Source: Lama glama (lineage: Eukaryota). Taken from it: a stretch of DNA of 64,000 bases. Below, piece by piece: positions 1 to 12,586 of the stretch. Each line of letters opens with the position of its first letter. Position 1 is the first letter of the stretch. Position numbers and translations under genes: made by a program. Location: assembly GCA_028534125.1 (NCBI GenBank), contig CM052816.1, forward strand, positions 61,134,001-61,198,000. Direction: 5' to 3'. The notes under the pieces were generated by a model, which had not been told where the DNA came from, did not search any database, and saw only the letters and a list, made by a program, of their open reading frames with translations.

Positions 1-463
1 TTATCATTTGTAGACCTTTTAATGATGGTCATTCTGACCAGAGTGAAGTGATAACTCATTGTAGTTTTGATTTGCATTTCTCTGATAATTAGTGATATTG
101 AGTGGTTTTTTTTATGTGCCTATTGGCCAGTTGTATGTCTTTTTTTTAATTTGGGGGAGGTAATTAGGTTTATTTATTTATGTTTAGAGGAAGTACTAGG
201 GATTGAACTCATCACCTTGTGCTTGCTAAGCATGCACTCTACCACTTGAGCTATACCCTCTCCCCTAGAGCTTTATTTTTTTTAATAGGTTTTTTTTGGA
301 GGGGGGCAGTAATTAGGTTTACTTATTCATTTTAAATTTTATTTTATCATTATTACTTTTAACAGAGGTACTGGGGATTGAACCCAGGACATCATGCATG
401 CTAAGCATGCACTCTATCACTGAGCAATACCCTCCCCTTTGTATGTCTTGATTGGAGAAATGT
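1..463 (-). mobile_element. L1 fragment (ORF2 3' region) hosting the SINE pair
   Basis: Typical antisense L1 text 'ctcattgtagttttgatttgcatttctctgataattagtgat...ttggagaaatgtc'. Confidence 0.8.
142..437 (-). mobile_element. Tandem pair of tRNA-derived SINEs (vic-1-like) inserted in an L1
   Basis: Two head-to-tail copies (142-264 and 272-437) with A/B boxes; shared TSD ttgtatgtctt at 131-141 and 439-449. Confidence 0.9.
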
Positions 464-575
464 CAAAGCATTTTTTAAAAAGCTCATTAGGTAGAAGAAA
501 CATGGGGAGAAGCATGAGCTCCCTCAATTAGTAGTGCAGAGCTCCCCCAAAAGAAAATTTTTTTGCTGTCTAATG

Positions 576-708
576 ATTTTTTAAAATTGAAGTATATTGA
601 TGTACAATATTACATAAATTTTAGGTGTACAACAGAGTGATTCACACTTTTTAAAGGTTATACTCCACACATTATAGTTATTATAAAATATTGGTTATAT
701 TCCCTGTG
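576..708 (-). mobile_element. L1 3' terminal fragment
   Basis: T-tract then 'attgaagtatattgatgtacaatattacataaattttaggtgtacaac', typical of artiodactyl L1 3' ends. Confidence 0.7.
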
Positions 709-929
709 CAAGAAAACTTTCTTACCTACTCACTACATACATGGTCATTCAATACTTGCCCAATCTTGGGCATTTAGCCTCCAACTTAAAATTCATATTG
801 TTTTAGCCATTTTCATGAAAGAAATCAGTTGCTTTTTAAAAAATTAACTTCTTCTTTTTTCCATCATGCATCTATGAAGAACCGTAGCGCCTACCCACTC
901 CCGTGGCTCCAGCTACCATCTCTATGCCA

Positions 930-1945
930 GTGGCTTCCTGTTCTCCATCTCTTGCCCAGATCTCTCTCCTGGGTCCAAGATGACCAACTGCCAGCTAGAT
1001 ACTTCAACTTGGATATGCCAGCAGCATCTTGTGTACTATACATTCAAAACATACTTAGCATCCTCTTCTCAAACCCTTCTCTCATCTTTAATTTCCTACG
1101 TAGGTGAACAGCCTCACCACCAACCTAGTTTCCCAAGCCTGTCATCTTTGACCCATCCCTGTCCATCGTCCCTCATATTCAAATACCAAGTCTTGTTGCT
1201 TTTACTTGCTACACCTATCTCAAACCCCTTCTCTCCATCACCACTGCCGCTAACAGTCCAGGCTACTAATATTTCTCATCCCAGTTAATGCGTTAGTCTT
1301 CTAAATCATGTCCTTGCCTTTGGTCTCTATCCTTGAAGATCCAGTCTGTTGTGGTTGGAGGGATCATTCTAAAACAGAAACCCAATCACGTCACTCTCCT
1401 GCTACAAATAACATACTGAATATCCCCTGCCCTCGGAATTAAGTCCAAATTTCTCAACCTAGCTTTACAAAAATTTCATGATCTGGTCCCCACTATTTCT
1501 ACAGCTTCATCCCCTCCAATCGCCCCTTCTCCCAAACCTTGCTGTAGCCACAGTGAGTTTCTTTTTTGTAGCTCTATCATTTCCTGGTCTTTGTGTACAC
1601 TATACTCACCACTTGGAACACTCTGCCTTCTCTGCACCACCTGATACCGGTTATCAACTACACTTAGTCTCAGATTCAGTGTAAGTGTTCCTTGGGAAGC
1701 CTTACTCCCGCCCAAGACTGAGTGAGGTGCCCCTTCTTACTCCTGACACCCCATACTCGTTCCTCTATTTTAATTTTTTGTTCCCTTGTCTGTATCCCGC
1801 TGCTAGATTGTTAGCCCACTAAGGACAAATACAATGTCTTGTTTACTTTTATATCTCTTGTAAAGTGATCTTGTCTTGGAGAGAACCCAGTAAAGTTCTG
1901 AGAGCAGTAAGCTCTCAATGAACACTTGTTGAGCTAATGAATAAA
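930..1945 (+). mobile_element. L2 LINE remnant
   Basis: Degenerate L2 3' region (ctctctcctgggtccaagatgacc...acttggatatgcc...), ending near 'aacacttgttgagctaatgaat'. Confidence 0.65.
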
Positions 1946-2384
1946 GCAGAAGTACCAGGTTTCCTGGCTGCTCAAACACCGATAAATAAAGCTTGGGTTA
2001 CTTAGACTGCTTGGATTAGCAGGTGAACCTTCAGACACGGGCCAGATTGGGGAAAATCCAGACTCTGACTTTTGATGGAAGACCTGGTCTAGATTAAGTT
2101 CTTTTATCAGTCTGAGACATGTGACTTAAAAAGCCCTTACTCCCTGATTCTGACAGAAGAAACTTCACCTTAGAAAGTGGGTTATAAACTAGACAAAGTG
2201 AATTTCCTACTCTCTTCTCTGGAGCATTTTTCAAAAGATTAGATGGTTTCAACCTTAGATTCCAGAAAAGCAGATAGGCAGAAGATGAAGATTAGTGCTG
2301 GAGGACAATGCAGGGGCTGAGGTTCTGAATGAATGGATTGAATAGTTGGAATATTTTAATGGGGACGTACCAGAATCAGAGGTA

Positions 2385-2850
2385 AACAAAAGACAATGTC
2401 CCTGCTGAATAGAAGGGAGGGGTCAGACAATGGGCAACCAAATAAATCAACAAGTTAAGAAAGTCACCGATGTTATGATGTCAACACAGGGGAGGGAGGG
2501 TGGGGGTGGGAGGTGGCTGCTGACTATAGAGGGTCAGCAGAGGCCTCTTTGAAGGACATTTGAGCTGAGACCTAAATGGTGAAAGGGGGGCAGGCATATA
2601 AAGAAATAAAGGAAGAATAATCCTGTTGGAAGGAATAGCAAGTGCAAAGAGTAATCTGCAAGTTCTAGGAACAGAATTAAGAGCAATGTGAACAAGGGGA
2701 CATGGGTGCAGATGAAAGCGAGGTGGTGGGCTGGTGGGCATGGCTGGCTGAGCACCACCTTTAGCTTGTGCTAGGGAGTTTCGGTTTAATTATCAGCTCG
2801 CCAGGAAGCCACCAAGGGTTCTAGCAAGTAACTGACTTTACTTAAATATC
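2385..2850 (-). mobile_element. L2 LINE remnant
   Basis: 'ggcctctttgaaggacatttgagctgagacctaaatg...agcaagtgcaaag' is a characteristic antisense L2 segment. Confidence 0.6.
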
Positions 2851-4671
2851 CTTGAATTTCTAGACTGAGGAGGAAGGAGTTAAAGGTGAACAACAAAAAG
2901 AGTATTTTCTAAACCTCTTTTACTTAAACGAAAACCATGCATGTATGTTTTTCAGTATTTTGGTCCTCGGAATGAATTCCTGACATATTAAAATGAATTT
3001 AATCTATATTTTATTTCCTTAGTTGAAGGAGAAGTCAGAAATACCCCTGCCATTAGTGACTCTAGCTGAAGAATTAATACTTCCTGCACATTTTTATTTT
3101 TTCACTGTTCCTACCCAATGGGAGATTAGAAAGTAATTTTGTCTAAGAACTAAAATTAAAGTAATTACTAATTTTAACCTATTCTGCTCCCATGTGGTTA
3201 TCACAATTAAAACCAGAATTTATAACAATCACATCCAACCAGAATCCAGGTTTCACAACCTTTCTCTCTAGACCTTTAAATGAACAGCTAATGACTTGCA
3301 AACCTTCTCTGCTGAAAAAAACTATGAGATTTAAAGGTGAATTGAATCTGGGTGCAATTAAAAAGTTATTTGGACAGCATTCCTTGCTAAGAAATATTAC
3401 CTACATAATGTTTGTTGACGATTATAAAGTGTGGTTTGTCATCTATAATTCAGAAACTTTCTGTGGCTCTGTCAAAATAAAAACATAATATACTGCAGTC
3501 CTGAGAAAGTATTTTTTTCCTGAGGAGCTCAAAACATTTCACCGATGTTTTCTCATTCGTCCTCAGCATTTCCCTAAGGTAAGTAGATGGAAAGTGTTAT
3601 GCACATTCAATAGATGGGGGAACAAGGCCAAGAGAAATGAGTGAACATGCCCAAGGTCATGGACTACGTCAGAGGCAGGGGAGGGATGAATCTCAGGTCT
3701 TCGAATTCCCAGGGATCTGGTATTTTGTAACGTAGGGCAAGGCACCAAACCAGTTCTTGTTTGGTCTGGTCCATCTGTATCCCCATGTATACAATTACAG
3801 GGATCTAATAATCAGACATCTGTTCTAGGGTATATCTCTGTGTCTGGTGTTTACATTGGCAAAGGGTTTTCAGTGTTATTTTTAAATGAATACAGTTGAA
3901 GGATCTAAAAATGCAGCAAGATTAAAATATTTATTTCATATATTGCATGTGGATGGTCTGTCTGTCTACAAACCTATCTAGCTATAGGAACTTTATCATT
4001 TTGTTAAAGACTAGATCTGTTGCTTGCTATGTATAGGAATTAGAAATATAAAAATACACAACCGCACAAACTTCATTGTATCATTTTCCCACGGAATGTT
4101 TTCATCCGTAATAGGATATTTGAAACTTGCGAGCTGCTATAAAAAGTTAAAGACGCTTAAGCTGTGGTTTTAGGTTTTATATGTCCTCTCATATTAGTAT
4201 ATATTCTTGCTTCTCTGCCTTTTTCTCTCTCTTCCCCTCCTACATCTGAATCTTGATTGTAAAAAATTTCAGACACACATAAACATAGCAAGAATAGTAC
4301 AATAAACCTCCTCCCATCACCCTGATTACAATTATGTATAGTTTTCATTATAAAAACTTTGCCACACTTATTTCATTTTTCCCGTTTTTTGCTTTTGCTG
4401 AACTTCCAAAAAGTAAACCTCACACATCATCTCACTCCTATATACTTTCTCTATGAATCTCTAAAAATAAGAACTTTTAAATCACAGTCCTAATGCCACT
4501 GTCACACCAAAAACTTAAAAATAGTGCCATTGTAGTATCTAAATTCCATTCCCTAATGACATTTCTCAGGGTGTTCAAATCAGGATCCAAACACGTGGCA
4601 TTTGGTGGCTGTGTCAGCCCCTTGGACGCCAGCATTTCTCTCCCTTTTTCTCCACCCACTGCTGTTAACTA

Positions 4672-5051
4672 CAGTGGGCCTTCCATGTTCATGGGCTCTG
4701 CATCCACGGATTCAACTAACCACGGATCAAGAATATTCAAAGAGGGGTGAGGATATAGCTCACTGGTAGAGTGCATACCTAGCATGCATGAGGTCATGGG
4801 TTCAATTCCCAGTTCCTCCATCAAAATAAATAAATAAATAAGAGAACCTGATTACCTCCCCCTAGAAAATAAATAAATAAAAATAAATATAAAAAAACTT
4901 TAAAAAAAAAAAGAATATTTGAAGAAAAAAATTCTAGACAGTTCCAAAAAGCAAAACTCGAATTTGCCACCAACTGACAATGGTTACATAGCATTTACTT
5001 TGGTGTCCGTGGGGTTCCTTGAACCAATCCCCTGTAGATTATGAGAGACTA
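4672..5051 (-). mobile_element. MER2-like Tigger/mariner DNA transposon (internally deleted), split by a SINE
   Basis: End 'cagtgggccttccatgttcatgggctctgcatccacggattcaactaaccacggatc' and opposite end 'ggggttccttgaaccaatcccctgtagattatgagagact'; TA on both flanks. Confidence 0.75.
4744..4910 (+). mobile_element. vic-1-like SINE
   Basis: tagctcactggtagag A box, ggttcaattccc B box, A-rich tail; TSD aagaatatt(ca/tg)aaga at 4729-4743 and 4911-4925. Confidence 0.92.
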
Positions 5052-8000
5052 TAGTTGTAGTTGCAGGAATCCGTTAAGTTGCCCTGAAAAACACCCCACA
5101 TTCTGAAATTACCTGTTTGCTTTTTTGGTATTATTCCATTTATTTCTTTATTTCCCATATTAACTAGCTCAGAGACTTGTTTATATTCAAGTTCATTTAA
5201 AAAAAAAACTGGTGCTGCAAGAACACTTCATGGGAGGTACTGTGCGCATCCTATTATATCATGTGAGGAGGCCCACAATGTCTGATTGTTCCACTCCTAG
5301 TGATGCCAAGATTATCAGAGGGTTCATATGGTGACATCCTGATTCTTCCAACGTAAAGTTCCCATCAGTCTTTCGACTAATGTTAGCAACCGTAGGTTAT
5401 CTTTGCCTCAATCGATTATTCATGGGTTTCAAATAATTATTTCCTTCCACATTTATTAGTAGAAATTCTTCTGTAAAGAAGAAACTTTCCTTATCAACTA
5501 AGCATGTTAGGTTAAAGAAAGAATTAACTCTTAATTCTTTCTTTTTATTTGACAAGGGGTTGGTATCCTAGTTACATTCATTGGTGTCCAGTGAGATAGG
5601 TTTCAATTAATCGCACTCATGGTTTTTCTTGATACTCATATTCATGCACTGAATTTTTATTTCTAACAACAGCAAATAGTGGAAGAAAATAATATATAAT
5701 AAATAATAAATCGACACATAGATCTTTGGGGAAGTCAATGGTACAATACATAGACCCCTGTTTCTAGTACAAAGTACCTCCTCATCTCAAACAAACAATT
5801 TTTTTTTCCTCCTTGGGCTTTCTTCTGCTCATGGAGCTGAAGGCGATGTAGAAACGAAAGAGGAGGGAAAAGCAGGGAAAAGGCCAGGTGGAAACAAGAG
5901 GGGAAGAATTGTGACTCACGGTCCCAAGCCAAGCATCTTGGAAAAAATAAACACAAATAAACAATCATTCCAAAGGAATTAAAAAAATACTTATACACCA
6001 TCTCCAGCCTTAAAGGAAATGAACAACTGCAGAAGTTTCTTTATACCTCTGTTTAAGGCATATACATTGAGCTTTATCAGTCTCTTGCCTTAATAATTGT
6101 ATTATTAATTGATGAAAACAGCTAAAATGGGGAGATGCTGATGACCAGGACTTCTTGCAATGCTGAAATCTTTCATGTTGTACATGAGAGCAAGATCCCT
6201 AGGAAGAAATACCTTTGTAAACACATAAACCAAGGTAGGTGATACTTTCGGTTTTCCTGTGAGCCCACAGAGCTTGTGGGATGCTAACATTAACAGAGAA
6301 CATAGCCTAGTTTGCGCAACAACCACTGGCCTAACTGGTTGGGTAAGTTCTTTCTAATAACAGCCCTTTATTCAACAACAGGGTATTTTTTATTGTAGGT
6401 ATCAGAAATAATTTCATCTTTTGCTCATTTACATGAGGTCAGAGACTAGCTTTCAATAACGAAATTTATAACATTTTAATATCTGAGTAGGGATTGCCTG
6501 AGTGTATCCAATATGTAAAAATTCATTAAACCATAGATTTAAAATTTGTATGCTTTATGTATGTTATACCTCAAAAAGAAGTAGGAAGAAAAGTATTTAT
6601 TTTTAACCTCATTTCTCTTCTTTTCCTTCTACCATCACACCCACACACCCAGACACACACACTCACTCTCACATCACACAAGCTATATGGCCCAAATACC
6701 CTGACCAGTTTACATCTGAGCAACTCTTCCTCAGGAAACAGAGTGTGTGTGTGGGGCAACCTTGTGTTTCCCCTAGTGGTTGGTGCCAGGGATACAGTGG
6801 CACATAACAGCCCCAGACAAGGGGGCTGGGTATGGTTTGAACTTCATTTCCTGAGATTTGGGAGTGAGGAGGGGCAGATCTGGAACCCTAAAGGAAAGGA
6901 TATCTAAAGAGATAAGACTAGGTTCTTAAAGGGACTAAAGAGACTTGCCCACAAAAAGCTAGATCAGAGTCCTTTTCTACCCAGAAGTTGCAAGAACAAA
7001 AGAGGATCAGAAACAGCGATGATTTTGTGGAACACCACAGAGCTAACAGCCCAGATTCTGTGATTCCGCTGCTCTAAGAACAGAATTAGCTCCAGAATCT
7101 GAAGTGGGGTTAAATGACAGGTAAGAATTGTGTGGCCCCATTTCTCTGAAAGGAGTCTGAGCAATCATTAGAAATACCATCTGAGGCCAGAGAAACCAAA
7201 GGAAACTAACTCTTACCAAGGGATTAACCTGAAACCTGAGGCTCATTAACACTGTATTTTAATCAAGTGTCTTCCAAAGAGTTAACAGGCACTCAAGACA
7301 AAAGCAATATTGAACCTTTTCAGGATATGAGACCTTGTTCATTACCTTCATGGCTTTCAGCTTTGAGAAAAATGTAACGTGTCACTGGCATAGGGCACAT
7401 AATAGGATGGCGGGATAGAATCTCTCGCTGCAATCAGTAGATCCAGGAATATAAGTGTAGCTTGTCTAAGATCAGACATAGATGCTATTGTAACCCGAAG
7501 GACCGAGCAGCTCTCCATTGCAGTCATTTAAGGACAACGTTAGCCATTCTAGCATGCAGAGAACGCTGTCAGAAACGACAGCTGCATCTGAGAATGCACT
7601 GCTCATCAGAGACCAGCCGTGGACTGGGTGATCAAATGGAAATCCCGTAATTAATTTAGAGATTGTCCCAAGCTAGCTCCTGATCTTATTGGTCGTTGCC
7701 GTTTATTAGAAGTTTTTTTTTTCCAGCCAGGACAAGAGTACAGTTTATAGAAACTACTCCTCCCAAGGACAGGAACTGCTGCTAGATTCCCCTTCCTGAA
7801 ATGCCATTTCCAGGACGCTGCTCCTCTGCTCACAACTGTTCCCGGCTCTTCTTTCCAATGTGTCAAATATGCATCATTTTAAGTGGTTTTCAAGATAGTC
7901 CATTTCTGGCCTCATTCTGTGTAGCAAAAATTTTTTCTAACTGCTTGCATGACTCCTTCTGCTTTGGCCAGTTGAGAAAGCCTTTGCTGGTGCTGATCCC

Positions 8001-8444
8001 TCACCTGGACCACGCTCTCAGCTTCCCTCTCACCTGTTCAAACCATGAGCAGGCTTCAGAACCCACTTCTAGACCCCCCTCTACAGACGTGCAACTCTTC
8101 TTGGCTCAGTCAATCTTCAGTGAGCTCATCCTCAAGTCTCTCAGCATGAAGCCTCCCCAGACAAGTTAGCCCTTCACTTTACAGAAACAATCTTTTAGGT
8201 TTTGCTCTTATTTGAGATCATTTAGTCTTTTCTGGGACCTCAGAAAGCCCCATGTGGCACCTTCCTGTTGACATCCAATCTCCCCCACCTAGAAGACCCC
8301 TATTGTAAATTTCAGTGGAAGAATTTCTCTAGGGTCCATACCTCAGAATGGAATTGTAAGTTGTAAGGTATATGGATCTTCCACTTTACCAAGTAATTCC
8401 AAACTGTTTTGTAAAGTACTCATATCAATTTACATTCCCACCAG

Positions 8445-8725
8445 GGAAGTAGACTCTGAGACAGAGATTTCATGCTGCAGGTTTACTAGGGAGTACTCTT
8501 GGATCAACAGGAGTGGAGGGGAAGCGAGAGAAGCTGGACTGGACAGAGGGACTGCTGCAGTCTCAAGGAAAGCCTCAGCTCGCAAGGAGCCCTGAAGCTG
8601 CGACACTCTAGAGCTGTCCTACTAGGGCTGGAGGGCCGGATCTCTGTATCCCCTTTGCCCACTGGTTACGTGCAGGCTGCTCTCAAGGAGAGCATGTTTC
8701 TTTGGACAAGACAATTCCTTTTAGC
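8445..8725. mobile_element. ERVL-type LTR fragment inside an old L1
   Basis: 'gaagtagactctgagacagagatttcatgctgcaggtttactagggagt' resembles ancient ERVL LTRs; flanked by antisense L1 text (about 8320-8445 and 8730-9160). Confidence 0.45.
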
Positions 8726-9722
8726 TGTTTTATGATGTTTTCTCATAGATCCAGTTTCTGTAATGTGTAGTTTTGTTTCTGGGCTCTCCACTCTGTTTCA
8801 CTGGTCTACTTGTCTGTTCCTCTGCCAACACTACATTGTCATAATCACTATTCCTGCATTGTGGCTGTAAATCAATTTGGTGAGAATATTCTTAAAATAT
8901 TGAGTCTTCCTATCTAAAAAGATGGCTTATCTCTCCAGATACTGGAGTCTGTTTTAATGTCGTTCAATAAATTTGTAATCATCTCTCACATAGGTACTTA
9001 CACTTTTTATTGCTACTGTAAATGGTGTTTTCCAATAGCTTGTTGCTGGTATTTAGAAACACAATAAATTTTGGTTTTTATCTAGCAATCTTACTAAATG
9101 CTCATATTAATTCTAATCATTTTTCTGTAGATTCTTTTCAGTTTTCCAGTAATCATATCTATTTTGCATTCTGGCACTGGCAACCATATGTTTCTAATAA
9201 TATTTCATTACCAAACAAAGTTGTCTAAAAACAAAGCTAATTATTGCCCCCATCCTCTGTCGCATTCCACATTGTGTGTCTTCATCATTCTGAGTTTACC
9301 AGTGTTAACTGTTTTCTATGCTGTCCTCCTGGTTCACTCACCATGTGTACCCATTAGCAGGGGGAGAGGGGGTGGGTCATTGGCTTTTACTGGAATAGGA
9401 CTATAACTAACACGTTATTCTGCAACCTGCTTTTTTTTCACCTGCCTGTTATCAAGTTCCCTAACTCCACCATTTTTCCTAATATCTTTATACATTTTTA
9501 ATAAATAAATGCATAAATGATCTCATATCATATATGCTGGCTGTTTCTTGATTGATTGGTTGGTTGGTTGGAGTGCCTCGCTCTTTAAAGAAACGAATAA
9601 TTGATTAAAGAAACAAGTAACAGATGAAATACGAAGGCTTTGACCCTCCATCAAAAGATTGCTGAACTAGTTACACACATAAGTTTTAAGTTTAAACAAA
9701 ATGCTTAAGGCATCTATGTGTC

Positions 9723-9847
9723 TTTTGTTTGTTTTGAGGGGGAGGTAATTAGGTTTATTTATTTATTTAATGGAGGTTCTGGGGACTGAACCCAGGACCT
9801 CATGCATGCTAAGCATGCACTTTACAACTGAGTTATATACTCTCCCC
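9723..9847 (-). mobile_element. vic-1-like SINE
   Basis: Full-length antisense copy; TSD tgtgtcttt on both sides. Confidence 0.9.
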
Positions 9848-10670
9848 ACTGTGTCTTTTTTAATGACTTTGACTTCTTTCATTTTTGGACACAATGAGAG
9901 TTACATACTGCTGAGGGACAAAGTGCTTTTAACCCTAAAGTAGTGAGCAGACACATAAACCAAATAAGAAGCCATGCTCAGCAAAATATGTTTTAGGCCT
10001 CCAAAGACAGAATAACAATCTGACTTTATTTGTTCTGGGGAAATGGACTGTATCAGGTGACTCCAGTTGTTTCAATGGCACTGTGCCGGGCCACAAAGAT
10101 CATATCTGTCCGGTGGGATTAAGTGCAAACAGAAACTGTTCCAATCAGGCTGCCAGTACCTTGACGGAGATCTGAAAGCTGTCATCTAGCAGTGATTTGA
10201 AACTGGAACAATGTGAGGAACCAAACATGACAAGACTTGGTCATTTTTGCTATGTCTTTGCAGTAGTGTATTCTACTTCTATGACAGCATAGAAAGTCCC
10301 ATTATGTCAAAATTCTAGGACACATGGAGACTTTGGTAGAAGCATGACATGTTATCTGCCAACAAGCTATTAAACCAAATTCATCTGCTGTTTTCTGTAA
10401 ATAATTCACTCTTATTGTCTAGCATCTTGTAAGTATTGACTATGTTTGTGAAAATAGAATTCAAGGAATGACCTATCCTATTTTCTGTGATTTCACTGAA
10501 GAAAGAACCTGTTGTTATTTTTGTACATTTCATGTCAGCAATGTTTCACTATTATAATTCCATGTTAATATGTTATTCTTGGTAACATGAAGTCATAGTA
10601 TTTTCTAAACTAAGTGATTTGCTATTCCTTTGAAAGTTATGGTATGTGTATTTCATAATCTTCATTGTCA

Positions 10671-11170
10671 NNNNNNNNNNNNNNNNNNNNNNNNNNNNNN
10701 NNNNNNNNNNNNNNNNNNNNNNNNNNNNNNNNNNNNNNNNNNNNNNNNNNNNNNNNNNNNNNNNNNNNNNNNNNNNNNNNNNNNNNNNNNNNNNNNNNNN
10801 NNNNNNNNNNNNNNNNNNNNNNNNNNNNNNNNNNNNNNNNNNNNNNNNNNNNNNNNNNNNNNNNNNNNNNNNNNNNNNNNNNNNNNNNNNNNNNNNNNNN
10901 NNNNNNNNNNNNNNNNNNNNNNNNNNNNNNNNNNNNNNNNNNNNNNNNNNNNNNNNNNNNNNNNNNNNNNNNNNNNNNNNNNNNNNNNNNNNNNNNNNNN
11001 NNNNNNNNNNNNNNNNNNNNNNNNNNNNNNNNNNNNNNNNNNNNNNNNNNNNNNNNNNNNNNNNNNNNNNNNNNNNNNNNNNNNNNNNNNNNNNNNNNNN
11101 NNNNNNNNNNNNNNNNNNNNNNNNNNNNNNNNNNNNNNNNNNNNNNNNNNNNNNNNNNNNNNNNNNNNNN
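10671..11170. other. Assembly gap (500 N)
   Basis: Run of exactly 500 n, likely a fixed-size scaffold gap. Confidence 0.99.
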
Positions 11171-11384
11171 AGTGAGAATGTGACACTCACAGCTGTGCTA
11201 TGTGAAGAAGCTGGCCTATTGCAGATCATTGTCTTTAATGCATGATTCATTGTCTATTTAAAGTCTTAAAGCCAACAACTGGGTGAGCAGACACTAAGGA
11301 AATAAAGATTTCTAATATATTAGGAAGGTGACTAAACAGAATAAATCTCTTCTGGCAGAAAACTAATCTCTTCACTTTAAGTCA

Positions 11385-11560
11385 ACGGTACTGAAACCTG
11401 AATGCACACAGAATCATCTTGGGAGCTTTAAAAACTATCAAATGTCTGGGTGCACACCCCAAATTCTCATTTTATTGATCAGAACCTGAGCATTGAGATT
11501 TTTTTTTTTAAAGCCCTTTAGGTGATTGTAATATGAGCCACGATCATGAATTTCCGTTTT
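11385..11560. mobile_element. MER5A-like hAT DNA transposon remnant
   Basis: 'aatgcacacagaatcatcttgggagctttaaaaac...ggtgattgtaatatgagcc'. Confidence 0.55.
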
Positions 11561-12404
11561 AAATGTTAATTTTAAAAGCTCCTGTAACTCCAAGTCCACC
11601 CATTTCATAAAGGTGCCTGATTTAGCTTCCTTTTTCTGAGGTTCCTTGAAAACAGGTTAAGGGTTCCGTGTTTGGGGGAGAGCTCACTAGAACTCTCTTA
11701 ATTTCATTTCTACCCCTTGAGTCACAGAGACTAGGAAATGTAAGAATTCGCGGGCTTGAGTCAGACACCATGTTAGGCCTCAGGTGAATTAAATAGAGGC
11801 CTGGTAACTCCGCAGAAAACAAACAAAATAAACGGACATAGTCCTTAGAATATTCCCTGGAACATGAAATGTACAGGTTAGAACAGCTCTGGCCTGGCTG
11901 ACGTACAGAGAAGGCAGGGTTTACACAAGGCAGTATTAGCAGATTAATGAGTGACCCAGTCCTGTGGAGAATTGTTCTCAGGTATTTCAGCTGTACGAGA
12001 TCTCATTTCTCCCATCTGATTATAATATAATCTTTAAACATATTCATTGTGATGAATAATATTGGGAGGAAAATCCCGTACTGTTTTGAGGGGTGAGTGT
12101 CCCCTGACTTTGGTGACCAGGAGAACGAGTCACTCCCTTCCCACAGACCTCAGGATATTTCGGGCTCCACGTCAACCCTTCGCTGCCAAGCGGCAGCTGA
12201 CACTTTCACGTCAACTTCTGCCCATCAGAAATGGAAGCTGAGCTCTAAGTATCGGTATTCGGAGTTTCACACTTGCCTGGGTCGGTGACTTTCTAGGGAC
12301 AGTGAGAAACAGGGTGCTGATAAGGCAACAGAGCATCAGGCCTGGGGTGTTTTTCTTGACATCTCACCGGAGAAACAGGCAGGATGGCTCGATCCAGGCT
12401 GTGA

Positions 12405-12586
12405 TGGCAAGCCAGCTCTCGGGGTGGAAGCCAGGTGTAGGGGGCTGATGCGCAGCATTTGCCAATTTCTGGGGCGTAAATACTCTCATCACGGCTGACT
12501 TTAGGCTACCAGGTTTTAAAAATCAGCACTCAAAATCCTGAAAATTTAACAGTTTGCTCTCTCCAGCTGGCTCCAGCATGACATTG
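12405..12586. mobile_element. MER53-like hAT DNA transposon
   Basis: 'cagcatttgccaatttctggggcgtaaatactctcatcacggctgactttaggctacc...aatcctgaaaatttaacag...ccagctggctccagca'. Confidence 0.7.

Larger units (their letters stand above)
4255..5620 (-). mobile_element. Old L1 (L1MC/ME-like) 3' region hosting MER2 and a SINE
   Basis: Degenerate L1M 3' UTR-like text on both sides of the MER2 insertion. Confidence 0.55.

Noticed and set aside
10573..11250. Long ORFs of 172-225 aa
   Set aside because: Artefacts of translating through the 500-N gap.
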